Source: Chiloscyllium plagiosum (Eukaryota). From it: DNA of 64,000 bases. This document shows, piece by piece, positions 35,901 to 47,947 of the stretch (position 1 is its first letter; every line of letters starts with the position of its first letter). Below the pieces are notes generated by a model. The model made no database searches. It had not been told where the DNA came from and was given only the letters and a program-made list of their open reading frames with translations. Where the stretch lies: NCBI RefSeq assembly GCF_004010195.1, contig NC_057718.1, positions 102,160,079-102,224,078 of the forward strand. The letters run 5' to 3'. Both the position numbers and the translations under genes were made by a program.

Positions 35901-38490
35901 GCAGTGGCCAGCGGCCGGAGTGGGGACAGGGACAGGGACAGCAGTGACCAGCGGCCAGAGCGGGGACAGGGTCAGCAGTGACCAGTGGCCGGAGCGGGGA
36001 CAGGGTCAGCAGTGACCAGTGGCTGGAGTGGGGACAAGGACAGGGTCAGCAGTGACCGGTGGCCAGAGTGGGATCAGGGACAGGGTCAGCAGTGACCAGT
36101 GGCCGGAGCGGGGACAGGGTCAGCAGTGACCAGCGGCCGGAGTAGAGACAGGTACAGCAGTGACCTGCGGCTGGAGAGGGAGCGAGGACAGGGACAGCAG
36201 TGACCAGCGGCCGGAGCGGGGACAGGGACAGCAGTGACCAGTGGCCGGAGTGGGGACTGGGTCAGCAGTGACCATCGGCCGGAGCGGGGACTGGGTCAGC
36301 AGTGACCAGTGGCCGGATTGGGGACAGGGACAGGGACAGCAGTGACCAGTGGCCAGAGTGGGGACAGGGACAGCAGTGACCAATGGCCGGAGTGGGGACA
36401 GGGACAGGGTCAGCAGTGGCTAGCGGCCGGAGTGGGGACAGGGACAGCAGTGACCAGCGGCCTGAGCGGGGACAGGGTCAGCAGTGACCAGTGGCCGGAG
36501 CGGGGACAGGGTCAGCAGTGACCAGTGGCCGGAGTGTGGACAAGGACAGGGTCAGCAGTGACCTGTGGCCAGAGTGGGGACAGGGACAGGGTCAGCAGTG
36601 ACCAGTGGCCGGAGCGGGGACAGGGTCAGCAGTGACCAGTGGCCATGGTGGGGACAGGGACAGGGTCAGCAGTGACCAGTGGCCGGAGTGGGGACAGGGG
36701 CAGCAGTGACCAGTGGCCGGAGTGGGGACAGGGACAGGGTCAGCAGTGACCAGTGGCCGGAGTGGGGACAGGGGCAGCAGTGACCAATGGCTGGAGTGGG
36801 AGCAGGGAAGCAGTGACCAGTGGCTGGAGCGGGGACAGTGGCAGCAGCGACCAATGGCCGGAGTGGGAGCAGGGAAGCAGTGACCAATGGCCGGAGTGGG
36901 AGCAGGGAAGCAGTGACCAGTGGCCGGAGCGGGGACAGGGACAGCAGTGACCAGCGGCCAGAGGGGAGACAGAGTCAGCAGTGACCAGCAGCCGGAGTGG
37001 GGACAGGGTCAGCAGTGACCAGCGGCTGGAGCAGGGAAAGGGACAGGGACAGCAGTGACCAGCGGCCGGAGTGGGGATCGAGACAGCAGTGACCAGCAGC
37101 CGGAGTGGGGACAGGGACAGCAGTGACCAGTGGCCGGAGTCGGGAGAGGGACAGCAGTGACCAGTGGCCGGAGTGGGGACTGGGACAGGGACAGCAGTGA
37201 CCAGCGGCCAGAGTAGGGACAGGGACAGCAGTGACCAGCGGCCGGAGTGGGGACAGGGACAGCAGTGACCAGTGGCCAGAGTGGGGATTGAGACAGCAGT
37301 GACCAACGGCTGGAGTGGGAGCAGGGGTGGCAGTGACCAGCGGCTGGAGTGGGGACATGGATGGCAGTGACCTGCGGCCGGAGTGGGGACAGTGACAGGG
37401 TCAGCAGTGACCAGTGGCCGGAGTGGGGACAGGGACAGGGTCAGCAGTGACCAGTGGCAGTGACCAGTGGCCGGAGTGGGGACAGGGACAGGGTCAGCAG
37501 TGACCAGTGGCCGGAGCGAGCACAGGGTCAGCAGTGACCAGTGGCCGGAGTGGGGAGCAGGGACAGGGACAGCAGTGACCAGCGGCCGGAGCAGGGACAG
37601 GGTCAGCAGTGACCAGTGGCCGGAGTAGAGACAGGTACAGCAGTGACCTGCGGCTGGAGAGGGCGCGAGGACAGGGACAGCAGTGACCAGCGGCCGGAGC
37701 GGGGACAGGGACAGCAGTGACCAGTGGCCGGAGCGGGGACTGGGTCAGCAGTGACCAGCGGCCGGAGCGGGGACTGGGTCAGTAGTGACCAGTGGCCGGA
37801 TTGGGGACAGGGACAGCAGTGACCAGTGGCCAGAGTGGGGACAGGGACAGCAGTGACCAGTGGCCGGAGTGGGGACAGGGACAGGGGCAGCAGTGGCCAG
37901 CGGCCGGAGTGGGGACAGGGACAGGGACAGCAGTGACCAGCGGCCGGAGCGGGGACAGGGTCAGCAGTGACCAGTGGCTGGTGCGGGGACAGGGTCAGCA
38001 GTGACCAGTGGCCGGAGTGGGGACAAGGACAGGGTCAGCAGTGACCGGTGGCCAGAGTGGGGACATGGACAGGGTCAGCAGTGACCAGTGGCCGGAGCGG
38101 GGACAGGGTCAGCAGTGACCAGTGGCCGGAGTGGGGACAGGGACAGGGTCAGCAGTGACCAGTGGCCGGAGTGGGGACAGGGACAGGGTCAGCAGTGGCC
38201 AGCTGCCGGAGTGGGGACAGGGACAGGGACGGCAGTGACCAGCGGCCGGAGCAGGGACAGGGTCAGCAGTGACCAGTGGCCGGAGCGGGGACAGGGTCAG
38301 CAGTGACCAGTGGCCGGAGTGGGGACAAGGACAGGGTCAGCAGTGACCGGTGGCCAGAGTGGGGACAGGGACAGGGTCAGCAGTGACCAGTGGACGGAGC
38401 GGGGACAGGGTCAGCAGTGACCAGTGGCCGGAGTGGGGACAGGGACAGGGTCAGCAGTGACCGGTGGCCGGAGCGGGGACAGGGACCGGG
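32945..38490 (+). repeat. G-rich minisatellite, 34-bp unit CAGCAGTGACCAGYGGCCGGAGYGGGGACAGGGW with 40-bp (+GGGACA) variants; gap 33823-34796
   Basis: Direct reading; 34-aa periodicity in the translations. Confidence 0.97.
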
Positions 38491-38494
38491 TGCA

Positions 38495-38790
38495 GAGTGT
38501 GGTGGCAGCCTGTGGTCAGGGCAGGTGGAGGTGTTCTGTGATGGTCTGCTGATGCAGAGAGTGTTTGCTGAGAGCCTGTGATGTTTGTCTCTTTAACGTT
38601 GCCTCTTGTTTTTCTGTCCTATGTTTACACCGTGTATCGCTTTAATATAATCCTTTTTCTTCGTTTCTCTATTCTGTAACTCTGGATTGTAACCTGGTAC
38701 CGAAAATGGTGCAGTCAGGGGTGACTTATCAGCTTTTCATTGTAACCATCAAGTTCATGTGATATTAAAGCTAATTCAATTCAATTTAAT
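38495..38790 (+). mobile_element. Rex1-like / non-autonomous element 3' tail
   Basis: GCTTTTCATTGTA...CATGTGA..TAAAG(AATTC)n resembles the Rex1 tail at 11825-11880. Confidence 0.45.
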
Positions 38791-39034
38791 CCCAACCAGA
38801 CACAAGGAATATAAAGTACAGGAGCTTCAGATCCAAGAAATTGATGAAGGGATTATGCATGGTAAGTGACTACAGAACCATGGGGCAGGAGGGAGAACAA
38901 GCTAGCCTCTTACACCATCTCTCCAGAGCATTGCAATTGGCTACAGAAGATATTAGGACTGGGTTTAATCTCACCCATTTCACATTTTGATCTTGATCAT
39001 AAAGAACAGGAGTGTCAAAGGACTGAGAAACTGA

Positions 39035-39870
39035 GGGAAAAGTGGGGACTGCAGATGCTGGAGATCAGAGTTTAGACTAGAGTGTTGCTGGAAGAGCACC
39101 GCAGGTCAGGCAGCATCCGAGGAGCAGGAGAATTGACGTTTTGGGCAAAAGCCCTTCATCAGGATTGAAGGCAGGGAGCCTCCGGGGTGGAGAGATAAAT
39201 GGGGGTGGGGCTGGGAGAAGGTAGCAAATAGTACAATAGGTGAATGGGGGTGGGGATGGAGGTGATAGGTNNNNNNNNNNNNNNNNNNNNNNNNNNNNNN
39301 NNNNNNNNNNNNNNNNNNNNNNNNNNNNNNNNNNNNNNNNNNNNNNNNNNNNNNNNNNNNNNNNNNNNNNNNNNNNNNNNNNNNNNNNNNNNNNNNNNNN
39401 NNNNNNNNNNNNNNNNNNNNNNNNNNNNNNNNNNNNNNNNNNNNNNNNNNNNNNNNNNNNNNNNNNNNNNNNNNNNNNNNNNNNNNNNNNNNNNNNNNNN
39501 NNNNNNNNNNNNNNNNNNNNNNNNNNNNNNNNNTCAGCACCATCCTCATGACCTGTCCTATCTGCCTATCTTCTTTTCCATCTATCCACTCCACCCTCCT
39601 CTCTGACCTATTACCTTTCACCCACCCCCATTCACCCATTGTACTCTTTGCTACCTTGCCCCACCCTCCTCTCTGACCTATCACCTCCATCCCCACCCCC
39701 ATTCACCTATTGTACTCTATGCTACTTTCTCCCCATCCCCAGGCCCCCTCCCATTTATCGCTCCACCCTGCAGGCACCCTGCCTCTGATGAAGGGCTTTT
39801 GCCTGAAATGTCGATTTTCCTGCTCCTTGGATGCTGCCTGACCTGCTGTGCTTTTCGAGCACCACTCTAA
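39035..39870. mobile_element. Penelope-like element, inverted pLTR arms, gap 39271-39533
   Basis: Hammerhead-like cores at 39135-39162 (-) and 39785-39812 (+). Confidence 0.8.
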
Positions 39871-39871
39871 A

Positions 39872-40532
39872 TGAGAGACTTTGGAGTTAGCGTCACATAT
39901 AGACAGGGTGGTCAAGAAGGCATTTAGCACACTTGGCTTCAATGCTCAGACCTTTTGAGTACAGGAGTTGGGGGCATCATGTTGAGGTTGTACAGGACAT
40001 TGGGGAGGTCTCTTCTGGAGCACTGTGTCCCGTTCTGGTCACCCTGTTACAGGAAGGGTATTATTAAACAGGAGAGGGTTCAGACTCGATTTACCAGGAA
40101 GTTGCTGGGAATGAAGGGTTTGGGTTATAAGGAGAGACTGGGAGATTTTTTCATTGGCAGGTAAGAGGTTGAGGGGTGACTTTATAGAGGTTTATAAAAT
40201 CATGAGGGCCACGGATAGAGTGAACGCTAGCTGTCTTTTCCCGAGTGTTGGGCGATTTCAAGACGAGGGGGTATTTTTTAAGGTGGGAGGAGTGAGGTTT
40301 TAAAAAGCACATGAGGGGCAACGTTTTTACACAGACAATATGGAATGAACTTCCAGAGGAAGTGATGGGTGACAGTACAGTTACAATGTTTAAAACTCAT
40401 TTACAATAAATTCATGAAAACGAAATCTTTGGAGGGATTCGGGCCAGGAGCAGGCAGGAGGGACAGGTTATGTTTGGATTCGGGTCAGCATGGACTGGTT
40501 GGACCGAAGGGCCTGGTTCTGTGCTGCATGAC
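39872..40532 (+). mobile_element. CR1 3' fragment
   Basis: LRLYRTLGRSLLEHCVPFWSP plus 3'UTR. Confidence 0.88.
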
Positions 40533-40932
40533 CAGAGTATTGCCGAAGAAAAGACCCATTTGGTTGGAGCTGTTTTGGTTTGCGCTCATCAGGACACTTT
40601 GCAAGAGTGCCAGCTCCAGAGGCAAGTTGACCTTTACACTGTGTAAGAGGAGGCTGCTGACTGGTTCCCAAGTGGACACTGAAAAGCAGTTTCTTGTTGA
40701 CTTTTAAATTCCTTGCGGATTTACAGCAGGAACTAATGGAATGAGCATTTTATTCACTGGATGGTTCAGGGTCTAACTCATCCATTGCTGGTCGGACTCT
40801 GGGATATTCAGCACTGGATGCTCCAGCCTGACATTCCCTGGGACGTCCCTCACTTCCGACAGCTCCAGCCAGCTCCAACCCTATCCCTGCGCCCTGCCAC
40901 GGTTCAAATCCGGCTGGTAATTTTGTACTTAC

Positions 40933-41034
40933 GTTACGCCGAAGTTCTACCGAGGTCTTTGCTCGGGAGAGGCATCGCCTGCGGAAGAGAGGCGGGACTG
41001 CAGCGATGTGACTGAAGCTCGCGGGAGAACCGGC
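40933..41034 (-). CDS. Candidate exon (AGSPASFSHIAAVPPLFRRRCLSRAKTSVELRRN, or 5'UTR)
   Basis: Acceptor ctttgtttttcag, donor AAC/gtaagt, 102 nt, CpG-rich, one open frame (phase 0 to 0). Confidence 0.55.
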
Positions 41035-41144
41035 CTGAAAAACAAAGGTCTCAGAAACAACATCCATCCCCTGTCTCTTCCATCGCCCGGAACCCACACT
41101 TTCTGAATCAACGGTGGGAGGGTTAGGACCTCAAGGGTTCCTCA

Positions 41145-41430
41145 GGATGGGGAATAGAACAAGGAATGGGATAGGGAATGGGGATAGAGAATGGGGTCAG
41201 GAAATGAGCATAGGGATTGGGAGATGGAATGGGATAGGGAATGGGGACAGGGGATGGGATGGGGATAGGGAATGGGAGACAGAACAGGGATAGGGAATCG
41301 GGATTGTGACCTGGGTTGGGAGGGGGTGTAGTTCATGAGGATAAGGAACAGGAAAAGGAAGTGAAAGGGAATGGGAATAGGAAAGGGAATAGGGAACAGG
41401 ATAGGGAATGAGGATAGGGAAGGGCATAGG
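41145..41430 (+). repeat. Degenerate (GGGAAT/GGGATA)n purine-rich repeat
   Basis: Direct reading. Confidence 0.9.
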
Positions 41431-41504
41431 TATTGGAAGCTTCATTACAAACACTGCCATCATTGATGCCAACACAGAGAGAGAGAGAGAGAGACAGGGG
41501 GTAA

Positions 41505-41518
41505 GTGCCCCCTAGTGG
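41505..41518 (-). promoter_or_regulatory. CTCF core motif
   Basis: CCACTAGGGGGCAC matches the CTCF consensus core. Confidence 0.55.
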
Positions 41519-42108
41519 GGAAAAGAGGAGGACATCTCCAGAAAGGCAGAGATACCAGGGAGGGGTGATTTTGATTGGGGTAAGGATTAATATATGGCAT
41601 TGTGTGTCTTTGTGTTGGCATTACCATTTCAGTGCCAGCCTCTTTGAGGCACTGCCCCTTTTGTATGAAATAACCTGCCACCCCTCACCCCAGGCTGCAT
41701 CTGATTGGCTCCAACAACCCACTGATGGTGTAAAGGCTGCAGCAGGCCTCAGGCCTCAGGCCTAGCAGGGAGCTGACCAGGGGCTGATCCCCTGCAGTTT
41801 GGAGACTCACTGTTGGCCGTGTGTCTCACACAATGTGAGCCCAGCCCCACTTCACATCAAGAGAAGTGTACAGCAATAACATCACTGAGCAATGAGCCAC
41901 TGTCGGAAAGTGAAGGTCCTCATTGTTTCACAAAGCAAAGTGTGTCTTAGCAAGAGATTCAAGCTCAGTGTGTGAGACGTGGTGTTTGTGGGCAGGTACA
42001 GACATGCCCTTCACTGGCACAGCCAGGAGCTGGACACACTGGGCAGCTCGGAAGGGCAGGAAACTCTCACTGGACAGAGAGTCAATGTGGGACTGGGCAC
42101 GGAATCCT

Positions 42109-42240
42109 GGGGTGGGTGAAGCAGCCGGGCCTGGGGTCTCAGGGGGCTGGGGTAGATGGAGCAGCCAGGCCTGGGGTCTCAGGGGGCTGGGGTAGATGGA
42201 GCAGCCGGGCCTGAGGTCTCAGGGGGCTGGGGTAGGTGAA
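42109..42240 (+). repeat. 40-bp G-rich unit x3
   Basis: GCAGCCRGGCCTGRGGTCTCAGGGGGCTGGGGTAGRTGRA at 42121, 42161, 42201. Confidence 0.92.
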
Positions 42241-42460
42241 AAAGCCAGGGTATGGCCAGGAATCATAGCTGCAGTTGACCATTCAAGCCTTTGTCCCTGC
42301 TGTCCCATGAGGGTAAGAAGGTGGATGACTGGCCAACCCCCTCTCTCTCCACGTTCCTATCCTTCTCCCAGCCATCTCTGCCCAGAATGTTGATGCCCAA
42401 GCACCACCCTCTCCAACCTCTCCCCTCCCCTCCACCCCCCACCGTCCCCCTGACCAATCC

Positions 42461-42811
42461 NNNNNNNNNNNNNNNNNNNNNNNNNNNNNNNNNNNNNNNN
42501 NNNNNNNNNNNNNNNNNNNNNNNNNNNNNNNNNNNNNNNNNNNNNNNNNNNNNNNNNNNNNNNNNNNNNNNNNNNNNNNNNNNNNNNNNNNNNNNNNNNN
42601 NNNNNNNNNNNNNNNNNNNNNNNNNNNNNNNNNNNNNNNNNNNNNNNNNNNNNNNNNNNNNNNNNNNNNNNNNNNNNNNNNNNNNNNNNNNNNNNNNNNN
42701 NNNNNNNNNNNNNNNNNNNNNNNNNNNNNNNNNNNNNNNNNNNNNNNNNNNNNNNNNNNNNNNNNNNNNNNNNNNNNNNNNNNNNNNNNNNNNNNNNNNN
42801 NNNNNNNNNNN
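42461..42811. other. Assembly gap with C-rich and G-rich flanks
   Basis: N run. Confidence 1.
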
Positions 42812-43631
42812 GGGGGGGGGTGGCTAGGGTGGGGTCAGGGTGAGACTGAGTTGGCACAAAGCTACGAGTGTCAGCCGTAACCAGAGCCCAGGACCCCAAC
42901 CCTCACCAATCCGCTCGCTTCCAGAAAACCAAAGCCTACCATTCCCAGGTAGACGCCTGTCATGTTCCTGAAGGAGGTATTCTGGAATTGCTGCTTGCTC
43001 TGCATTTTGGAACTGCGGGGTCAGTCAATGTGAAGAGGTCACAGGCAGAGTGATGTCCTTCATCCAGACAGGAATCTGTGGGGTTTATGGAGACGGAGAT
43101 TGTCCATTAGATCACGACATTAACCCTTGTACACAGAATTAGATACTTTAAAATGAATACACATCGGCAAATGTTCGGTTGCTCAAAAATGATCACAAAA
43201 TAACTGGTGGCAATAAAGAATGAGTTAATTTTCTTTCAGGAAGAATATCTAGATGTTAATTTTCTTGATCTCTTCCAAACTACCTGTGACAGCAGTGTTC
43301 CAGCTCCCCCGAACAGTTGCAAATCCTACAGAAAGTTCCAAATCCTCTGGAAAGTTACAGCTCCATCGGAAAGTTCCAGCTCTCTCCAAGATTCCGATGC
43401 CAGAGGTGGAATTGGGGGCAGGGTCGTAATGTTTAGCCAGTGAGGAAACCTGCGACAAGCAGGAAAAGTTCTGGCCCTCTTCACCAAGTGCCGGAACGCT
43501 GGGATATTTCTGGGGGAGGGAGGCATCGGTGCTACCTGCCCAATGCCAACTCTGAGACGGAGAAACAAAACAGAGATTAACTGGCACCTTGACAACGGTA
43601 ATGTTTCAGCTCCCCCCCCCCCCCACCCCGG

Positions 43632-43633
<2 letters not shown>

Positions 43634-43671
<38 letters not shown>
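43634..43671. repeat. (CA)n microsatellite
   Basis: Direct reading. Confidence 0.97.
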
Positions 43672-43674
<3 letters not shown>

Positions 43675-43856
43675 GCTAACATCGCCCTCAAGTGGCATCA
43701 CAGAAAGACACAGGCTGCTCCTGTTTGGCTGTGTCTGGGGAAGGCTGTGTGTGAAACAGAAGAATAATCAAACAGGTTCACTCAGTGCTGCTTGGAACGC
43801 AGCAAATGCTGTGTTTCCCTGAAACAAATATAACACTTACTACCTCAGTATTGGTC

Positions 43857-44425
43857 ACATACAGGTACATTACCCTGTACTCCCCTCACTCACTTGTACA
43901 GGTACATGACCCTGTACTCCCCTCACTCACCTGTACAGGTACATTACCCTGTACTCCCCTCACTTGCCTGTACAGGTACATGACCCTGTACTCCCCTCAC
44001 TCACCTGTACAGGTACATGACCCTGTACTCCCCTCACTCACCTGTACAGGTACATGACCCTGTACTCCCCTCACTCACCTGTACAGGTACATTACCCTGT
44101 ACTCCCCTCACTTGCCTGTACAGTACATGACCCTGTACTCCCCTCACTCACCTGTACAGGTACATGACCCTGTACTCCCCTCACTCACCTGTACAGGTAC
44201 ATTACCCTGTACTCCCCTCACTCACCTGTACAGGTACATTACCCTGTACCCCCTCACTCGCCTGTACAGGTACATGACCCTGTACTCCCCTCACTCGCCT
44301 GTACAGGTACATTACCCTGTACCCCCTCACTCGCCTGTACAGGTACATTACCCTGTACTCCCCTCACTCAACTGTACAGGTACATTACCCTGTACTCCCC
44401 TCTCTCACTTGTAAAGGTATATTGT
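43857..44425. repeat. 37-bp minisatellite, ~15 homogeneous copies (CTGTACAGGTACATKACCCTGTACTCCCCTCACTCAC)
   Basis: Direct reading; 37-aa periodicity. Confidence 0.96.
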
Positions 44426-44754
44426 CCTGCGAGTACAGGAATTAATTTGTATTTGAGATTCAAAAACCTAATGTGCCTTTAAAAACTGCTGTGATGGGTG
44501 ATATTTTGCCTCCAGACGAATGAATTTTTTTAAAAAATGATCAAAGTGTCTCCTGCTTGAACCTGTTTGTCTACTTTGGGATGAAAGTGATACAATGCCA
44601 TCCTCTGCTGGAGGGTGGATTGTACTGCATTAGCAGCAGGGTTACCATCAGACAGGAGACAGGACAGGAGGGAATCATTGCAGGTTTGTGATTCTCTATC
44701 GTGTTCTTTATCTTGTATTCCCTCCCATCACCCCACCATTCCTTTCACATCATC

Positions 44755-46016
44755 ATGTACTCCACCTCTCCCCCTCACTCACCTGCACAGGTACATTATC
44801 GTACACTCTCCCTCATTCATACAGGTACATTGCCCTGTGCACACCCTCACTCACCTGTACTGGTGTATTATGCAATATTCCCCCTCACTCACCTGTACAG
44901 GGATATTACCCTCTATGCCCCACACTCACCTGTACAGGTACATTATGCAATACTCACCCCCTCACTCATCTATACAGGTATATTACACTGTATCCGCCTC
45001 ACTCACCTCTACAAGTATATTACCCTGTACTCCCTCAGTCATCTGTACAGGTATATTACCCTACATTGTGATCCACCCCTCCTTCACCTAAACAGGTATA
45101 TTACCTTGTACCATGATCCACCACCTCACTCACCTGTACAGGTACATTACCCTATACCATGTTTTCCCCCCTCCCTCACCTATACAGGTATATTACCCTG
45201 TACCATGTTCCCACCCCCTCCCTCATCTGTATAGGTATATTATCCCCTCCCTCACCTGTGCAGGTACATTACCCTGTACCATGATCCACACCTTTCTCAC
45301 CTGTACAGGTACATTAACCTGCACCATGATCTATCCCCTCCCTCACCTGTACAGGTACATTACTCTGTACCATATTCCCCCCTCACCTGTACAGGTATAT
45401 TACCCTGTACCATGATCCACCCCATCTCTCACCTGTACAGGTACATTACCCTGTACCATGTTCCCACCCTCATCCCACAACTGTACAGGTATATTACCCA
45501 GTATATCCCACCCTCACTTGTACAGGTATATTACCCTGTCCCATGATCCACCCCTTTCTCACCTGTACAGGTACATTACCCTGTTCCATGCTCCTCCCCC
45601 ACCCCTACATGTACAGTAACCTGTACCGTCTGTACCATGCCCCCCCCAACCTGTATCAGTACATTACCCTGTACTGTGATCCACCCCCTCCCTCACCTGT
45701 ACAGGGACATCCTCCTCCCTCGCCTGGACAAGTACATTAGCCTGTATCCCCCTCCCTCACCTGTTTAGGTGCATTACCTGTATGATGTTTCCCCACCCCC
45801 CCCCACATGTACGGTACCCTGTACCCTCTGTACCATGCTCCCCCCTCACCTGTACAGGTACATTACCCTGTACCGTGATCCATCCCCTCCCTCGCCTGTA
45901 TGAGGACATTAGCCTGCATCCACCTCCCTCACCTGTACAGGGACATTAGCCTGTATACCCTCCCTCACCTGTATGGGGACATTGCCTGTATCCCCTTCCT
46001 CACCTGTACAGGTATT
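44755..46016. repeat. Older diverged array of the same repeat family (~35-43-bp units)
   Basis: Recurrent CTCACCTGTACAGGTAYATTACCCTGTAC core. Confidence 0.92.
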
Positions 46017-47224
46017 GTCCATTGGAAAAGCCGACTGGCCTTCATCTGCCTTTTCGTCATTGTATGATTCTGTGTTTCCAATGAACATTCACATTGCAAT
46101 TATTGTCCTCAGAGTTCCTGAGTATATTTTAATAGGGCCTGCCCCTACATCAATCCATCCCCATTGTGATGAATGAAGATGTGGAGATTTTCGTTTCTCT
46201 CTCTATGGGTCGTGAATCTTTGGAACATCTACCCAGAGAGCACAGGAGATGGAGCTTTGAATAGTTTTTGTCGATCGAGGCAGACAGATTCTTCACTAAC
46301 GAGGGAGTCAAAAGTAATTAGGGGTAGGTGGGAAAATGGAGTGAGGCCACATTTAGAACATACCATGAGCTTAATTGAACTGCAGAACAGTATTAAGGGG
46401 CAGAATGGCCTGTTTTTCATATGCATTGATGAGATGTGACATTTACACTATTTGATGTGCTTTCCTTAATGCCTATAAATCGAAAGGCTTTCTGGGCCTT
46501 TCTACAGTGTAGTTAAAATTCAATCCCCCTCCTCCCCCTCCCAGAGCTGTGGGTCTGGAATCAGGCTTTAGGTCTGACCGGGGTAAGAACAGCAGAGTTC
46601 CCTCCCTCAGAGAGAATCCGATGGGTTTTTACCACAATCAGTGATGGTCACCATCAGTGAGACTAGCTGTATATTATAGATTTATTTTTAAAAGTTTAAA
46701 TTCTGTCACAGTGAGATTCGAGTCCTGGAGCTTTCGTGTGGTTCTCTGCTTTACTCAGTCAGTAACATTATCACAACACCAGCATCAGCCCCTCGTCCAT
46801 GGGTTTGTGTTGAATCAACATTAGTAACTTGCAACCAATTGTCTGTATCACTGCGTGCACTCTGCTTTACATACAACCGGGAAAGAGATGTTAAAAGGAG
46901 ACGTTTATAATCTGCTATCCTTGCACAATCGATTCCTTTGGTTCATATATGCAGACTCCACTGTTTTATGATTCAGTTTGACAGGACCATATTAGTTCTG
47001 TGTACATTCAGTTTAAAGGGACAAAATTTAATTTACAATTCATCTATTCCAATTCTCAGTGTGTCTTTTTGGTTACTGGAGATGATCTAGAATTATTTTG
47101 TCATTTCTATCAATTTGAACATTTATAGCTGCCTCATAAACTCTGTTTTTTGTTTGTTGTGTTTACTATGTTGTTCCCAAGATGTGTTTTCTCCAGGATT
47201 AATGGGACTGGATTAATTGGTATT

Positions 47225-47730
47225 TCATTTATTCATTTGTGGGATGTGGGTGTCATTGGTTGGGCCAGCATTTATTGCCCGTCCCTAGTTGCCCACTTGT
47301 GAGGGTGGGGGGTGCACTGCCTTCTTGAACCGCTGCAGTACCTCAACGGTATGTTGACCCACAGTGCCATTAGGTAGGGAATTCCAGGATTCTGACCCAG
47401 CAATGCTTAAGGAACAGCAATATACAGTATTTCTAAGTCAGGATGCTGAGAGGCTAGATGGGGAACTTGCATGGGCTTGTGTTCCCATGTATCTGCTGTC
47501 CATGTCCTTCTAGATGGAAGTGGTCCTGGGTTTGGAAGGTGCTGCCTAAGGATCTTTGGTGAATTTCTGCAGTGCATCTTGCGGATAGAACACACTGCTG
47601 CTGCTGAGCATTGGTGGTGGAGGGAGGGGATGTGGTGCCAATCAAATGGGCTGCTTTGTCCTGGATGGTGTCAATCTTCGTGAGTGTTGTTGGAGCTGCA
47701 CCCATCCAGGCAAGTGGGGAGTATTTCGTC
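47225..47730 (-). mobile_element. LINE 3' fragment (CR1/L2 group)
   Basis: MGAAPTTLTKIDTIQDKAAHLIG; shared tail family. Confidence 0.8.
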
Positions 47731-47947
47731 CTGTGATAAATTGTTTGCTGTGATTTTATTTATTCATGGGAAATGAGCATCAATGATGAAGGCACCATAA
47801 ATGGCCCACCCCTGTAGGACTGAGTGGCTTGTCAGGCCATTGGTTACAATCCCATCCAATAGTAGCACAGGACAAGTCAGATCCCAGAGTGAAACCTGAT
47901 TTGTCTTTGTAGCTGTCCCCATGATGGTAAGTCACTACAACATCACC

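Noticed and set aside
32945..38490. CRISPR array or immunoglobulin switch region
   Set aside because: No unique spacers and eukaryotic context. AGCA and G-runs are present, but I saw no Ig exons or RSS in the window
40933..40970. Importin-alpha IBB similarity (SVELRRN/KR)
   Set aside because: Short match only; the following sequence does not resemble KPNA proteins
43249..43595. 112-aa and 89-aa ORFs as coding exon
   Set aside because: Contains a non-triplet 19-bp repeat; the 268-nt exon version would join exon 40933-41034 in a frame that ends in a stop
43785..45740. Pro/Tyr/His-rich ORFs
   Set aside because: Translations of the 37-bp minisatellite in all frames
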